From positions 3,132,713-3,196,712 of the forward strand of contig NW_019091356.1 in the NCBI RefSeq assembly GCF_001949145.1: a DNA stretch of 64,000 bases. The letters are read 5' to 3'. The translations under genes were made by a program, and so were the position numbers. Positions 12,750 through 24,839 of this stretch are shown piece after piece (the first letter of the stretch is position 1; each line of letters opens with the position of its first letter). Below the pieces are notes generated by a model. It ran no database searches and was not told the origin of the DNA. It saw only the letters and a program-made list of their open reading frames with translations. Origin of the DNA: Acanthaster planci (taxonomy: Eukaryota).

Positions 12750-13190
12750 GTGGACTTGACTCTAATTGCAGCGCCGGGTGGTTGAAACTGGCTAGAGAGG
12801 CTAGGATCCACTATTCGTGTGGACGGAAGCCCAGATACGCCAGCGGCCAGACAGGTGCACAAAATTAATGTTTGGTATACATGTATATGGAATTCCATAA
12901 CTGCCGTCGCCCGTCGTCCGTCGTGCATCAATGATAATGAATTCAGATGTGCCGATGAGTTGTTTCCCTTCAATCCACAAGACCAAGGGCTTCTACTACC
13001 GGCAGATCTTCGAGAAGCTCTTCTCAGGCCACGCCCAGTATATTCCCTACTCCTGGCTGCCTAAGTGGGGAGGGGACACAAGTAACCCGTGTGGCAGAGT
13101 GCTGACTCACTATATGCGACTGATTCGCATAAGAGGTTTGAAAAAGTGTCGAGGAAGGAAGCAGTCCTGGACAGCTAAACCCAAACCCTA
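12750..13190 (+). pseudogene. ASNS: Asparagine synthetase pseudogene fragment (exon 6 and last exon only)
   Basis: 12750-12854 is a deleted GGLDS..KLAREA..DGSPD..AARQ exon. ~12927-13190 resembles the last exon ([27 protein letters not shown]) with frameshifts and no AG acceptor. Confidence 0.85.
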
Positions 13191-13489
13191 TAGATCCTTC
13201 CAAATTCTTTAGGAGTTGTTTGGATTTCGGTTTATTTTGTAGGATTGAGGAAGTTTGATCCCAGTCACTGTGACTTGACATGCACGGGCTTGATGTCTAA
13301 TGAAGTAAAAGGAAAGTACCACAGTTTGGTGAGGCAAATTCGTGAATATTTTAAAAGAGGCAGGGCAGACTCATAAATGTTTCTAATCATGGTTTGAAAT
13401 TGATCACGTTTCACACCGCTCAACCTCTTCACACGACTCTTGTGTCTTGTGTCGTCATTATGAACTTCCAATACCTTGCAAGAATGACC

Positions 13490-15370
13490 CATCAAGGCTT
13501 GCCGACAATCGCATTGTCACAGAGCAACGCCCGACTGCATAAGGTGTCTGGAGAGGGATCGTCAGCTGAAGTCACGCTTTGCAGAAGGCATGAAAGAGTT
13601 GGTTGATAATGGAAATGCCGAAGTGGTTGCAAGAGATAATTGCACATCAGATACAACCACATGGTGTCTACCACATCATCCGGTACTTGATTCGGGTATA
13701 AAACAAGGGAAGTTGCGGATAGTCTTCGACTGTGCCTCTAAGCACTTTCGTCAGTCCTTGAACACGCAGACAATCAGCGTGTCAGACCTGGCGAACAAGT
13801 TATTGGGCGTACTCCTGTGCATCCGACGAGAGCAAGTGGCTGTGGAAGATATTCGAACCGTGTGCCACCAAGTCAGAGTGTCTCCGGAATGCCAAGATGT
13901 ATAGTGTTTCCTTTGAATGGGACATGGAGTCCCAGTTGCTGCTTGTTTGCTTTATGGCATGCAGCAGAGGACAACCGTCAAGATTTCCATCTCGACACAA
14001 TCAGCTGCGTAATTTGTAATTTCTACGTAAGTTTGATTAGTTTCACAAGACAATGAAGATGAGGCTATCCAAGTATAACGAGAGTTACGATAGCATCTGT
14101 CCCGAGGTGTCTTTCAACTAACAAAGTGGTTGAGCAACAGCCCCCGAGTCCTTGAGTCTATTTCTCGAGATTGAAGAAAGAGCTGTGGGCGTCAGAAAGC
14201 TAGACCTAAATTATGAAGCGCTTCTAACACAGAGAGCCTTGGATAGGCAGCGGGACGTCCAGGCAAATTGTTTTGCGTATCGAACTAGTCCAAAGGAGAA
14301 ACCGTTGGCAAGGAGAGGGTTACTGAGTATTGTATCCTCCATCTGTGACTTGCATGGTTTGCTACTCCCTTCATGCTGTTAGCCAGGAACACTGTTCAAG
14401 ACTTAAGCAGGAAGAAGCTAAGTTGGGACGAAGCACTGCCGTAACGACACAGGGACGACTGGCAATGTTGGATACAGGACTTGGACAAACTCGAGCAGCT
14501 GCAGATAGCTTAAATCGGCGTATCAAGCTCTACGAGTTTAAAGATGGCCTCATGTATCAGTTACATCATTTTTCTGATTCACTGAAGGCAGCTTACTTGG
14601 CTACAACTTACCTTCGTGCGGAGAATTCTGGAGGCCACGGTCACTCGTGTCTGCTGTTGTCAAAGTCACGTCTAGCACCTCTAAAAAGGGTTACGATACG
14701 AAGGCTTGCGACACTCTCAGTGAGGCTGGATGCAGTGATCAAGAAGGCGTTCAACTTAGGCCTACCTTTGGACGATTCAGTCTTCTGGACTGATAGCACC
14801 ATTGTGCTTCCATACATCAACAATGAAGAGAAGCGTTTCCACACCATTGTGGCGAACAGAGTAGCCGTCATCCGGAACCGGTCAAGTCCTAATCAGTGGC
14901 GCCCCGTGGAAACCGAGCTGAATCCGGCAGACTTATCACGAGAAGACAAACCGCTGATGAGCTGCTGGCCAACCAGAATTGGTTGATTGGTCCTGAAATC
15001 TTGTGCCGAGACAGCCACACGTGGCCAAATCTACCGATCTCGACCAAACTAGATGATAAAGAGCCAGAAGTAAAGCCTGAGACGGAGGTAGTCACCTGAT
15101 ATACCACCAAGCATGTGGATTCGGTTAACCCGACAGACAGGTTGACAGCTAAGCACTCCTTGTGGTATGAACTGAAAAAATATGTTACATGTACATGGAT
15201 CCTGCGAGTCTGCTAAGAAAGATCAAGAACCAGCCAGCAGGAGAAGAGAGGAAGGCCTTGACAGCAAACGGCCTTGCCTGGGCAGAGGCTGTTATTGTAA
15301 GATACGTTTAAGGGCGGTCATTTCAAGAGGAGTCCAGTCAATTAAAGAGGGATATTTTGGAATAGGTTAG
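13490..15370 (+). mobile_element. Degenerate BEL/Pao LTR retrotransposon pol remnant (RT and RNase H regions)
   Basis: Motifs WCLPHHPV..GKLRIVFDCA, LHHFSDS, SKSRLAPLK, FWTDSTIVL, VANRV..QWRPVETELNPADL, WLIGPEIL across broken frames; no LTRs or integrase recognised. Confidence 0.9.
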
Positions 15371-15574
15371 GTAGATATACAACCAAAGACAAGGTTGATG
15401 TGTTCTACCCAGTCAATTGTTTGTTATTGTGTGATTAGTTATGATTGCTGAAATTTAATTAGATAAACAAATTGCCGTTGTTGGTAATTTATAACTATTT
15501 AAAGTCAATTTGTTACTTTTTGTGGACAGATTAAACCGTGTTCACCAGTTCGTTGAATGTACATGTATATCCGT

Positions 15575-16215
15575 CACTCTGTCACAGAGAAGATTTTGAT
15601 TGATGACCCCAAGAAATTTAGCAGATGAGACCTTGTTTCTAGAAGTACCATCAATCTTAAGGATTGGCAGTGCTGTATCTTGAGAAAAAGGGAATCTGTT
15701 ACAAAGAATGAGAAATTTGTTTTGGTAAGGTTCAAGGAAAGTTTATTTGCTTTAAACAAAGAAATAAACTTTAGTTCAGAATTCTGAGTGTCGAATAAGG
15801 AAGGAATACTGTCACTCATGCAAAGGATTGTAGTGTAATCAGCAAGGGTGAAATTTAGCAGCGAGGAGGAGCAACGGATGCCATTTACATGAAGCAGAAA
15901 AATGAAGGGTCCAAGAGTAGAACCTCGAGGCACACCGTGTTGGACGTTGAGACGGTCCTAGTTGTGGTTCTTGACGGATGTATACTGGTATCTATAGGAC
16001 AAGTAATCAGTGAACCATTGGAGAGGGAGACCTTTGATGTCGTAGCAGTCGAGTTTTGAAAGAAGAATAGAATGATTAATAGTGTCCAAAGCTTTAGAAC
16101 GATCAGTGAAAACACCGGCAGCATAATGTTTATTGCTGAAAGCACCAGTCCCCTTGTCAACCAGTTCAATGAGGGCCATATCTGTAGAATGTTTAGGTCT
16201 GAAGCCGTACTGATG
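15575..16215 (-). mobile_element. Degenerate non-LTR (CR1/L2-type) reverse transcriptase fragment
   Basis: HQYGFRPKHSTDMALIELVD, DRSKALDTINHSILLSKL, LQWFTDYL, PRGSTLGPFIFLLHVN, ADYT, ANKLSLNLTKT; frameshifted. Confidence 0.9.
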
Positions 16216-17366
16216 CTTGAAGGGGATGTGATGAGAGGATATTATTTACTCCCACACGAGAAAGTGTCTGCAATCACTGCAAATACAGATGTCCCAGCCA
16301 TCTCCTCTTACCAATACTTTAGGATTTACAGCCTGTGACTTATAATTGCTCGATTGTTTCTGAGCTGTGGGCTCTGTTAACAGCCTGCGACACTCAAACA
16401 ATAGGATTTGTATACCTTTATGGACACCAACCGTTACGTGGATCTACTTTACCACCCAAGAGTGAATGTGGACCTAAACCCATGCATACCCCTCCAGATC
16501 CCACGATAACCCATCTACTGGTGGGTCTAACAGCCAATCAGTGCCTCAAGGCGAACCTTATCTTTAAAGACAAATCCACTGACATTCCATTGGACACTCC
16601 CGATGGTAACTTTGAATGATACGCTGTGTGTTGGGTTTTGTTCAGAAGTGACCGTTACGGAACAGTGGTTCCGTATACAATATCTGCCACAGGGTTTACT
16701 GGCATTAAAAGAACCATTGCAAATAACCAGTGATGGCGTTACTATGGTCATCGCAAATGTCTACAGGCCTACTGCAAGTTACTTATTTGGGGTGTAGTAG
16801 GCATTTCCCGAAACTTGATTGCAAATCTCGCCAGAAACTACCTGCTCCGTGAAATTGGCCGTGGAAGAAGGGAAACCAAAACTAGTAGTGTCCTTTCCCT
16901 CATTTTCCCTAGACAACATTTTGCCCGTTTTTTTAATTTGGCCCACGCCCCCACCCCCAGCATGAGCAGCCAATTTTAGGCTCGATTGCAGTTTGAACGG
17001 CGTCGTGTATTTCGCACAGTTATAAGCCTTACGGCCCAATCGCTACAGAATCTCATTTATGTTTGGTGTTTCATGCATGACGAAGTACTAGTATACGTGG
17101 CCTTTCATCATATAGCTGTGGGAATGCCCAAGTGAAATCTCAATATTTATCGGACCTAAATCAGTCTGGACCAACACTGTGTTATCCTAGCATTGAAAAC
17201 AACCGCGCAACCTCCCCAACTGTCTGTGTTTTCAGGTAACTCAGAAGTGTGCCCCTGAAGTCAAATAAACTAGATACAGGTCAACAAGATAAATGAAAAT
17301 TATGTTGTGTAATTTTTAGACAATGTTGTGATGGATGACTGCAGGTTGAAAGGAAGGCATCGAAAT

Positions 17367-20300
17367 ATGTGCGGCATCTGGGCGGTTTTTGGAAGCGATG
17401 GAAATGTGTCCGAACTGTACCACAACGCCTGGAAGATCGCGCACCGTGGACCAGACTCCTCACGCATGGAGAACATCATCCATTTCAAGAGTTGCTGTCT
17501 GGCCTTTCACCGATTGGCTATCATGGATGACGTGTTTGGCGAGCAGCCAATGAGGGTCCGCGCCTATCCCCACATCTGGCTTCTTTACAACGGAGAAATT
17601 TATAACTTCCGCCTGGTAAAGACGATATCATTCGAACTTTTATATTAGACTGATAATGTTTCAAAGAGAGTTGTGAAAGTTTATTTCGTTTATTTATTTT
17701 TTTTTATTAATGTTTTGAAAAGAAAGTGAAAGTTTGTTTTGTTTTTCATTTGACAATCTCAACAGATGTTTTACAAAGGACAAAGAACATACGCATAAAC
17801 TACCGTTTAATGACAGACTAAATCACAAGAATATTGTGGCGAGCATCACCACGCCTATACCCTAAGTTGTTGGGATCAATCAAGTGGCGTAAAACTGCAG
17901 GGCTAAATGTCTCTAGCAGGCCAAAATGCACGCGCGCGTCATGCTGAAGAATTCGCGTTAGTGCCGTGCCATCACACTTATCAGGTTAGTCTATCCGGTT
18001 CGTAAGTGCGAGGTCACTTCGGTTTAAACCCAACGCCCCACTGCACGCGTGTACTGTACATAGGGTTACATGCATTGATCGCCGTTTACATGGAACCGGA
18101 AGTTAACGCGCAACTTCAGCGATTCTGCAAATCGTGGCGCGTCGGCGTTTGTGACGAAATCACTTACGAATCGGATAGCACACAGTGACCCCGCCAACTT
18201 GGTTTACACAGCTGCAGAAGCAGTTTGACTTCCAGTACCTCACAGAGTGCGACGGGGAGGCCATTATTCACCTGTATGCCCAGGGAGGGGCGGAGTATGC
18301 CGCCTCCATGCTGGATGGTGTCTTTGCATTCTGTTTGCTGGACACGGCTGCCAAGAAGGTGAATGAAAAAGAATTATTTGTAAATAAAAGTAACCTTTTG
18401 GGTGGAAATCATCATAACAAAAGATTATCCAAGTTGAATGTTAGAAAGAGAAAGGTAAAAGAGAATGATAGAAAGGAATATCAGACGCATCCTTCTTCAG
18501 CTGGAATGGGTTTGATCAACAACTCGAACATTCGGGGGGGGGGGTAATCCTTATTTTATATGGGATATAAGGTTATAAGTTCGTTGGTCTTAAAATAAAA
18601 GAATAAAATTGGAATGAAACTCGTTTAAAACATTTTGGACACATCTTTAATTGAAATAGTTGAGCAAAAAATTTGAGTATATTAATTAATTCATCAATAT
18701 TCTGTTTTATGAGAGAGAAAACTCCTGAAGCTTTCGGTCACCTAATTGCTACCGATGCAGTCTGCGCGTTTCTCTGGTATGCAGGTATTCCTTGGGCGTG
18801 ATACCCACGGTGTCCGGCCGATGTTCAAACTGTGTAGAGAGGACAGCTTTCTTGCCATCTGCTCCGAGGCCAAAGGTCAGCATTAATTAAACAAATATTC
18901 AAATGATGCCCAAAGCCTACGGATGAGTCATGTGAACTAGTAGAGCTCAATGCTGTGAAGTGTGCCGTAGATTGTGGAGTCGGTGGGAAATGATATACTG
19001 GTAAAATTTTGGCATCGTTTTCGATGACTGCAGGAATCTTGGAGTTGGAGCAAGCAGACAACAACCACAAGGAGGAGACTGTTCCATTTCTACCGGGATA
19101 CGTGGAAAGTTACGACTTGGCCCCCTCTGGCAAAGTAACACTGCGCCAGTTCACACAGTTTCATAGCATTGAAAGGAAACCGAAATGGTCCGATATCCCA
19201 CTGGCCATCCAACCCCATGGTATCAAAAAGCAGACAACTGTTTTATGTTTATTAAGAATTGGAGGGGAGTCTGGCAAAGGAGTGAAAACTTCACTCTCAA
19301 AAAGAATGGGTCCCTTATACCTCCACGATGAAAAACTCACTCTAAAAAAGAGCGAATCTTACTCCAAAACCACTCCAAAAGAGTGGAAGCCACTCCAAAA
19401 GAGTGAACATCACTCGCTACTGAGCAGAGTGGAAATTTCACTTGTTTGGAGTGGTTTTCGCTCTTTTGGAGTGGTTTTGGAGTGAGACTCGCTCTTTTTT
19501 AGAGTGAGTTTTTTATCGTTGCATTTACAGAGATTTTTTCGACTTTTTTAGGGCTTATTGTTCTCAACTGTCTGACCTGTCCTTGAACAGCTTTAGTAAG
19601 ATTAAGCTGATTAGTGGAATACACATAACTATCAGATTTTGTTGAATGCTTTTCCTACACAGGAGAGGACATGTATGCAAACATTCGGATTCTGTTCACT
19701 GACGCGGTTAAGAAACGGCTCGTGTCACACCGGCCGCTTGGGTGCCTCTTATCAGGTATTATTTTGACCAAAAAACCCGTAAGTCTGGACTGCGTATTTC
19801 TCTGTGAAATTAATTCCCCCATTTGTCATCAACCTGAATTTTTTTGTTTTAACAATTACAGCGGCGTTTGGATACAAGTACAAGCATTTGAAAAGAGAGA
19901 AAAGTATGGAATGAGACGCGAGGGTTTGCATGGTGGAAAAATCAATAAGTGACACAGGTTTGCGGTAGCACCATGGAATAATACTACCTGTATTTCTTTA
20001 TGTGAGAGTGTGGTTCTGAGAAGAACCAGTGGTCTTCTAATGACGAACAGAGAACGCCGTTCGAAACGTAGAGAACAACTGGCTCTCCTCAGAACCACAA
20101 TCTCACATAAAGAGATAGTATTATTCGATGGTGTTACCGCAAACCTGTCTCACTTAAAAGTATGGAAAAGATCAAGGTATGATTTGGACGTTCAACTGAA
20201 AGTTTAAACTAGACGAGCCCAGATCTTGTATTTCACTTAAATTCACTTGAAGTCTGCTATCCTGTTAAAAATTCAAGCCAACTCCGCAGAGACAGGTCTG

Positions 20301-22669
20301 TTTAGTCAAGATATTTAAATTTTCAGCTTGCATCAGTATTATAATTCTCACAAATTTTCTTTGAGATGTAATCAACGTGCATGTTAAATTTATACGTAAC
20401 TGTGCGGTCCCTTTTCAAAAATATTTCTCAGGTGGACTTGACTCGAGTTTAGTCGCAGCGCTAGTGGTGAAACTGGCCAGAGAAGCCGATATTCAGTACC
20501 CTCTGCAGACGTATACTATCGGTGTGGACGGCAGCTCGGACACGCGAGCGGCCCGACAGGTCCGAATAGTTCGAGTCTTCAGCGGTCGAAGCCAACAATA
20601 TTGGCGTTTCACAATAGCGCGCCTCCAAGAGCTTGCAATGCGTAGGCGACCCAATGCGTGTTTGGAAATGGTCGACAGATTTCGCGCATTTGTCACTGGC
20701 CAACGCGTTGCAAACTCTTGGAGGCGCACTATTGTTAACCGCCCGTATTCCGAGCCAATACAAAATCTCATATTTTCTGAAAAATCTCATATTTTCTGCA
20801 ATTTCAGTGTGACTTACAAGTGCCTTTATACTTTCCAAATTTTCATCGCTTGCATAAGGCACTATTAGGGTTGTTCAAGTCTTACAAGCACTCATAACAG
20901 AAATGACTGTAAAGTCACTGAGATTTTTATAGTCAAAATAATTTTTCATAGGGCCGATGTTCAAGGGTAAAGGGGGGGCGTCCTTGCCTGATTACCACAG
21001 GTTTGCCCAGGCCATTTCAAGCAACATGGCGGGTGGGGGGGGAATTTGGCTTTGATGGATTGAATGTGGGAAGTTCAGGTGGGATAAACTGTGAGTTCTC
21101 CAACTATATGTACTGAGGCTGGAATCTGAAGTTCAGGTTTCAAATCCCACTTAGGTGGCGAAGCACATTGGCAGTGAGCACCACGAGGTTCCCTTCTGCC
21201 CCGATGAAGGCACGGCCATCTTGGAAGACGTCATCTATTCCCTGGAGAGTTACGACGTCAATACGGTCAGACCTGCCGTGTGTGCGTACACCGCTGCCTT
21301 CTATAAATTTATGAGAAATAAATGAGGCTCTTGTGATTGGATTTTGTGATTGAGAAGTGACAACATTGCCGTCTTTACCACCGTTTTAATTAGAAATTGT
21401 GTCCAACGACAGGCATGTATCTAATATCCCGCTACATCCGTGAACAAACAGACCGGGTAGTGATCTTCTCCGGGGAGGGTTCGGACGAGTTGACCCAAGG
21501 ATACCTCTATTTCCATCAGCAACCGTCAGCCAAGGAAGGGGACGAGGAGGGTAGACGCCTCCTCAAAGACCTGTACCTATATGATGTTCTGAGAGCTGAC
21601 CGGATGACTGCAGCTCACGGGTATGAAGTCAGTGCTGTGATCACTGCTACTCATTTTCGAATAGCACTACCCGATAAAGAGAATCAAATAGCTCAACTTA
21701 CTAGGACCGCTATACTTCTTTCATCTTGTTTGTGTGGAGATATATCTAGATACAATCCTACAGACTTCCTATAGTGAACCACTGGTCCTTGTACGATCTG
21801 GGTTCTTCCTTTTACCCCTTCCTTTTTACCCACTAGATTAGAGCTCCGTGTACCGTTCTTGGACCATCACTTTACTTCTTACTACCTCTCACTCCCAGCC
21901 GAGGCAAGGTGCCCTAAGTTGGGAATTGAGAAGTACCTCCTGCGTAAGGCCTTCGACGGAACTGGACTCCTTCCCCCGAAAATCTTGTGGCGTCAGAAAG
22001 AAGGGTTTGGCGAAGGCGTGTCTTCCAGGAAGAAATCCTGGTTGGACAGTCTGACTGAGTTCGCCAACGAGAAAGTGAATCCTAGTTCAGTCATTTGAGG
22101 AGTTTACTTCGCTAAGTTTTTAAGTAGAAATGGTTTTAAGTTTCCTACATGGTCAGGTATATGCACAACCCCTCAACTATTCCATCTTACACTTTCCTTT
22201 CAAAGTGCCTGTTCTGCTGCCTTTTTAAAAACACTTTTAATGGCAACTAAATAATTGTTGCCCATTGCTTCCAGAAATATACTTTTAGAGCTGGTAGAGA
22301 TTGTTTGGGGTTAAGAAAAATATGGAATTGGTTGCTTATCATTTTAAGGCTGGCACTGGGTTGCTGGAGCCCCAAATAATTTTCTTTGTGCTCTCCAACC
22401 AGGTCGATGATACTGAATTCAGATGCGCTGAAGAGTTGTTTCCCTTCAATCCACCCAAGACCAAGGAGGCCTTCTATTACCGCCAGATCTTCGAGAAGCG
22501 CTTCCCGGGCCATGCCCGGTGGATTCCCTACGCATGGCTGCCCAAGTGGGACGAGGACACAAGCGCCCCATCTGGCAGAGTGCAGACAATACGCCAAGGG
22601 ACTGGATTCACAAAAGCGGGTAGAAAAAGTTTGGAGGAAGGAAGCAGTCCAGGCGTAGCTAAATCCTAA
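17367..22669 (+). CDS. ASNS: Asparagine synthetase (glutamine-hydrolysing), divergent paralogue A (~577 aa as assembled)
   Basis: Exons 17367-17615, 18212-18358, 18785-18875, 19034-19219, 19663-19755, 20432-20559, 21155-21281, 21413-21620, 21837-22074, 22403-22669. Motifs [39 protein letters not shown]. The first nine exon lengths equal those of copy B. Confidence 0.93.
17991..18178. mobile_element. MITE family C, copy 1 (ASNS-A intron 1)
   Basis: TIR ctatccggttcgtaagtg / cacttacgaatcggatag; the internal sequence recurs inverted at 28406-28597. Confidence 0.75.
19324..19521. repeat. ~200-bp imperfect palindrome built of cactccaaaa/ttttggagtg subunits (MITE-like)
   Basis: aaaaactcactctaaaaaagagcga at the left pairs with tcgctcttttttagagtgagttttt at the right. 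Confidence 0.75.
19946..20156. mobile_element. Hairpin MITE (~210 bp)
   Basis: taagtgacacaggtttgcggtagcaccat..gtggttctgag pairs with ctcagaaccac..atggtgttaccgcaaacctgtctcactta. Confidence 0.8.
20597..20749. mobile_element. Palindromic MITE family A, copy 2
   Basis: Shares ggccaacgcgttgcaaactcttggaggcgcactattgt with the 3348 copy; the left arm is partly deleted. Confidence 0.8.
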
Positions 22670-22727
22670 CCCTGCTAGATTGGATTTGTTGGATTTTGTA
22701 GGAATGACAAAGGCAGAGTCCAGTACC

Positions 22728-23180
22728 TGTAATATTCAAACTTTTGTATGCATTCATATATANNNNNNNNNNNNNNNNNNNNNNNNNNNNNNNNNNNNNN
22801 NNNNNNNNNNNNNNNNNNNNNNNNNNNNNNNNNNNNNNNNNNNNNNNNNNNNNNNNNNNNNNNNNNNNNNNNNNNNNNNNNNNNNNNNNNNNNNNNNNNN
22901 NNNNNNNNNNNNNNNNNNNNNNNNNNNNNNNNNNNNNNNNNNNNNNNNNNNNNNNNNNNNNNNNNNNNNNNNNNNNNNNNNNNNNNNNNNNNNNNNNNNN
23001 NNNNNNNNNNNNNNNNNNNNNNNNNNNNNNNNTGTTATAGTAAATGTAATACTCAAACTTTTGTATGCATTCATGTATGTAAACGTAATATTCTGTAATA
23101 GCCAATCTAATATTCACACTTGTTTATGTATTCATGTATGTAAACTTTATATCCTCTTATAATAAATGTAATATTTTAAA
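22728..23180. repeat. AT-rich tandem repeat spanning an assembly gap
   Basis: tgtaata(t/c)tcaaacttttgtatgcattcat occurs on both sides of the N run and again, degenerate, at ~23110. Confidence 0.6.
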
Positions 23181-24718
23181 AATCTGCATAGAATTTTCTG
23201 CATCAATTTTGTTGATGCATGCAAGAGTTAACATAAGTGCACAATGTATTCTTATAGACTTGATGACTATAATTCTATTCTGTGATATTCAGTAATTTTG
23301 TATGCAGTCTAGTTATGCGAAAGCATTTTAGTCATAACGACAGAGGTTTCTTTTCAGGTGTGTATTTTCATATATTTCCATCTATATCATTCATCCCTTT
23401 CAAAATACTTGTGCATGTGACTGGATCCTACAAATGAGTCTTAAGGTCATTTTCTGTGGTAATTTTTTTTTTCTAGTGTGGATCAGAAAGAGCAAACCGA
23501 GTTCTTTCTTTGGATGTCTCGCTCTGTCTGCCATCCTGATGAACATGGACACTCTGTGAGCAAAAGGTGTTGAGCGCTCCCACTGATTTATGTGGTGCAA
23601 GATTCTTTTCAAGGCCTTTAAAACCCGAAAGTGGCTCTGGCAACTTCCAACTCATGTTGTTAGGCTCATTCTGTTGGATACCCTTCAAAGTTGTGAGACA
23701 GAAAAATGACTTGTGTGTTGTCATTAAAAAGGTGACCTATCTGTCGACATCGATCTTGTTTCTGTCATCTTGCCTGTCTACTGTAAATCAAAAACGTTCT
23801 TAAAACTTATCCCACTGACGTTCAACTCCACCACATCGCTCAGAAAAACAACTTGTCTGGATCCCAACGATCACTAAAAACAAAAATGCGGTGGGCAACT
23901 TCAGCGCTTACTAAATGCACTACATTTTAGTGCGCATCCACATTTGGTGCATATGAACGAAAACAATGATATCTTTTCAGTTTGGACTTTTATTTCAGTC
24001 CTTTTGGGTCAAAAAGAATTCAATGTTTCTATTTAATAGAATAACTAGTGGCACTTGTTATCCATTTCTCCACCCAGGTCCTGAGGCTAATGCCAAAGGA
24101 CGTTTGAACAACTTAGAGTACCTCTTTATATTTCAATAATCCAAGTCCACATATGTATGCAAAGACTATGGACAGATGAGAGAAAATTTGAAGTTTGAAC
24201 CCATGATTGTTTTGGGGGCCACAGAGATAGGCACCTCAAGAGGTAAATATGACTTTCAAACATACGGAAAAATAATATTAAGGTGAAAGTGTTAAAAATA
24301 ACAAGGCAAGTTAAAAGAACCAAAGATATATACATGTATTGTAATACTGTGTCATTTTAGACCAACAGAAGGGGCTCCTGCAGGCACTTACAACGAGTGA
24401 GTGCCCTTAGAGGTAAAACAAGAGATATGCACTGGGTTGTTGTCGAGATATAAACATGTACATGTAATCGTTTCGTCCTCAAGAGATGTAAGCATAAATT
24501 ATGTTCTAAGCTAGGGCCATCCAGGCTAAATCCTGGGATCTGGGAATGTTGACATTTAACTCATGTGTACCCCTTCTATGACACTGGAACAGCACCTTCT
24601 GAGATCTGTTGAGACACAGCCAATCAGCAGTGAAGAGCGATAATTTCACCGGGCCTTTTTTTATGCTGCTGGTGACCCGTTTTCGTAAACTACATAATGG
24701 CAAATCTTGCAAATACAC

Positions 24719-24839
24719 GGCCGTGTCTGAATTACTTGGCTACAGCCTGAAATTACATGAGTCTATGGTAGTGACCAAGGCCAGTTCCAACAGAGTTGTG
24801 CGTAATTTCAAGTCATAGCCAAGTAATTCAGATGCAGTC
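24719..24839. mobile_element. Short MITE family D
   Basis: TIR ggccgtgtctgaattacttggcta / tagccaagtaattcagatgcagtc; related copy at 36517-36649. Confidence 0.7.

Noticed and set aside
17715..17735. ISRE/IRF-like gaaagtgaaagt in ASNS-A intron 1
   Set aside because: A short motif in an AT-rich intron with no other support.
22659..23162. Long ORFs across N runs (also 33765-34397)
   Set aside because: Artefacts of translating assembly gaps.
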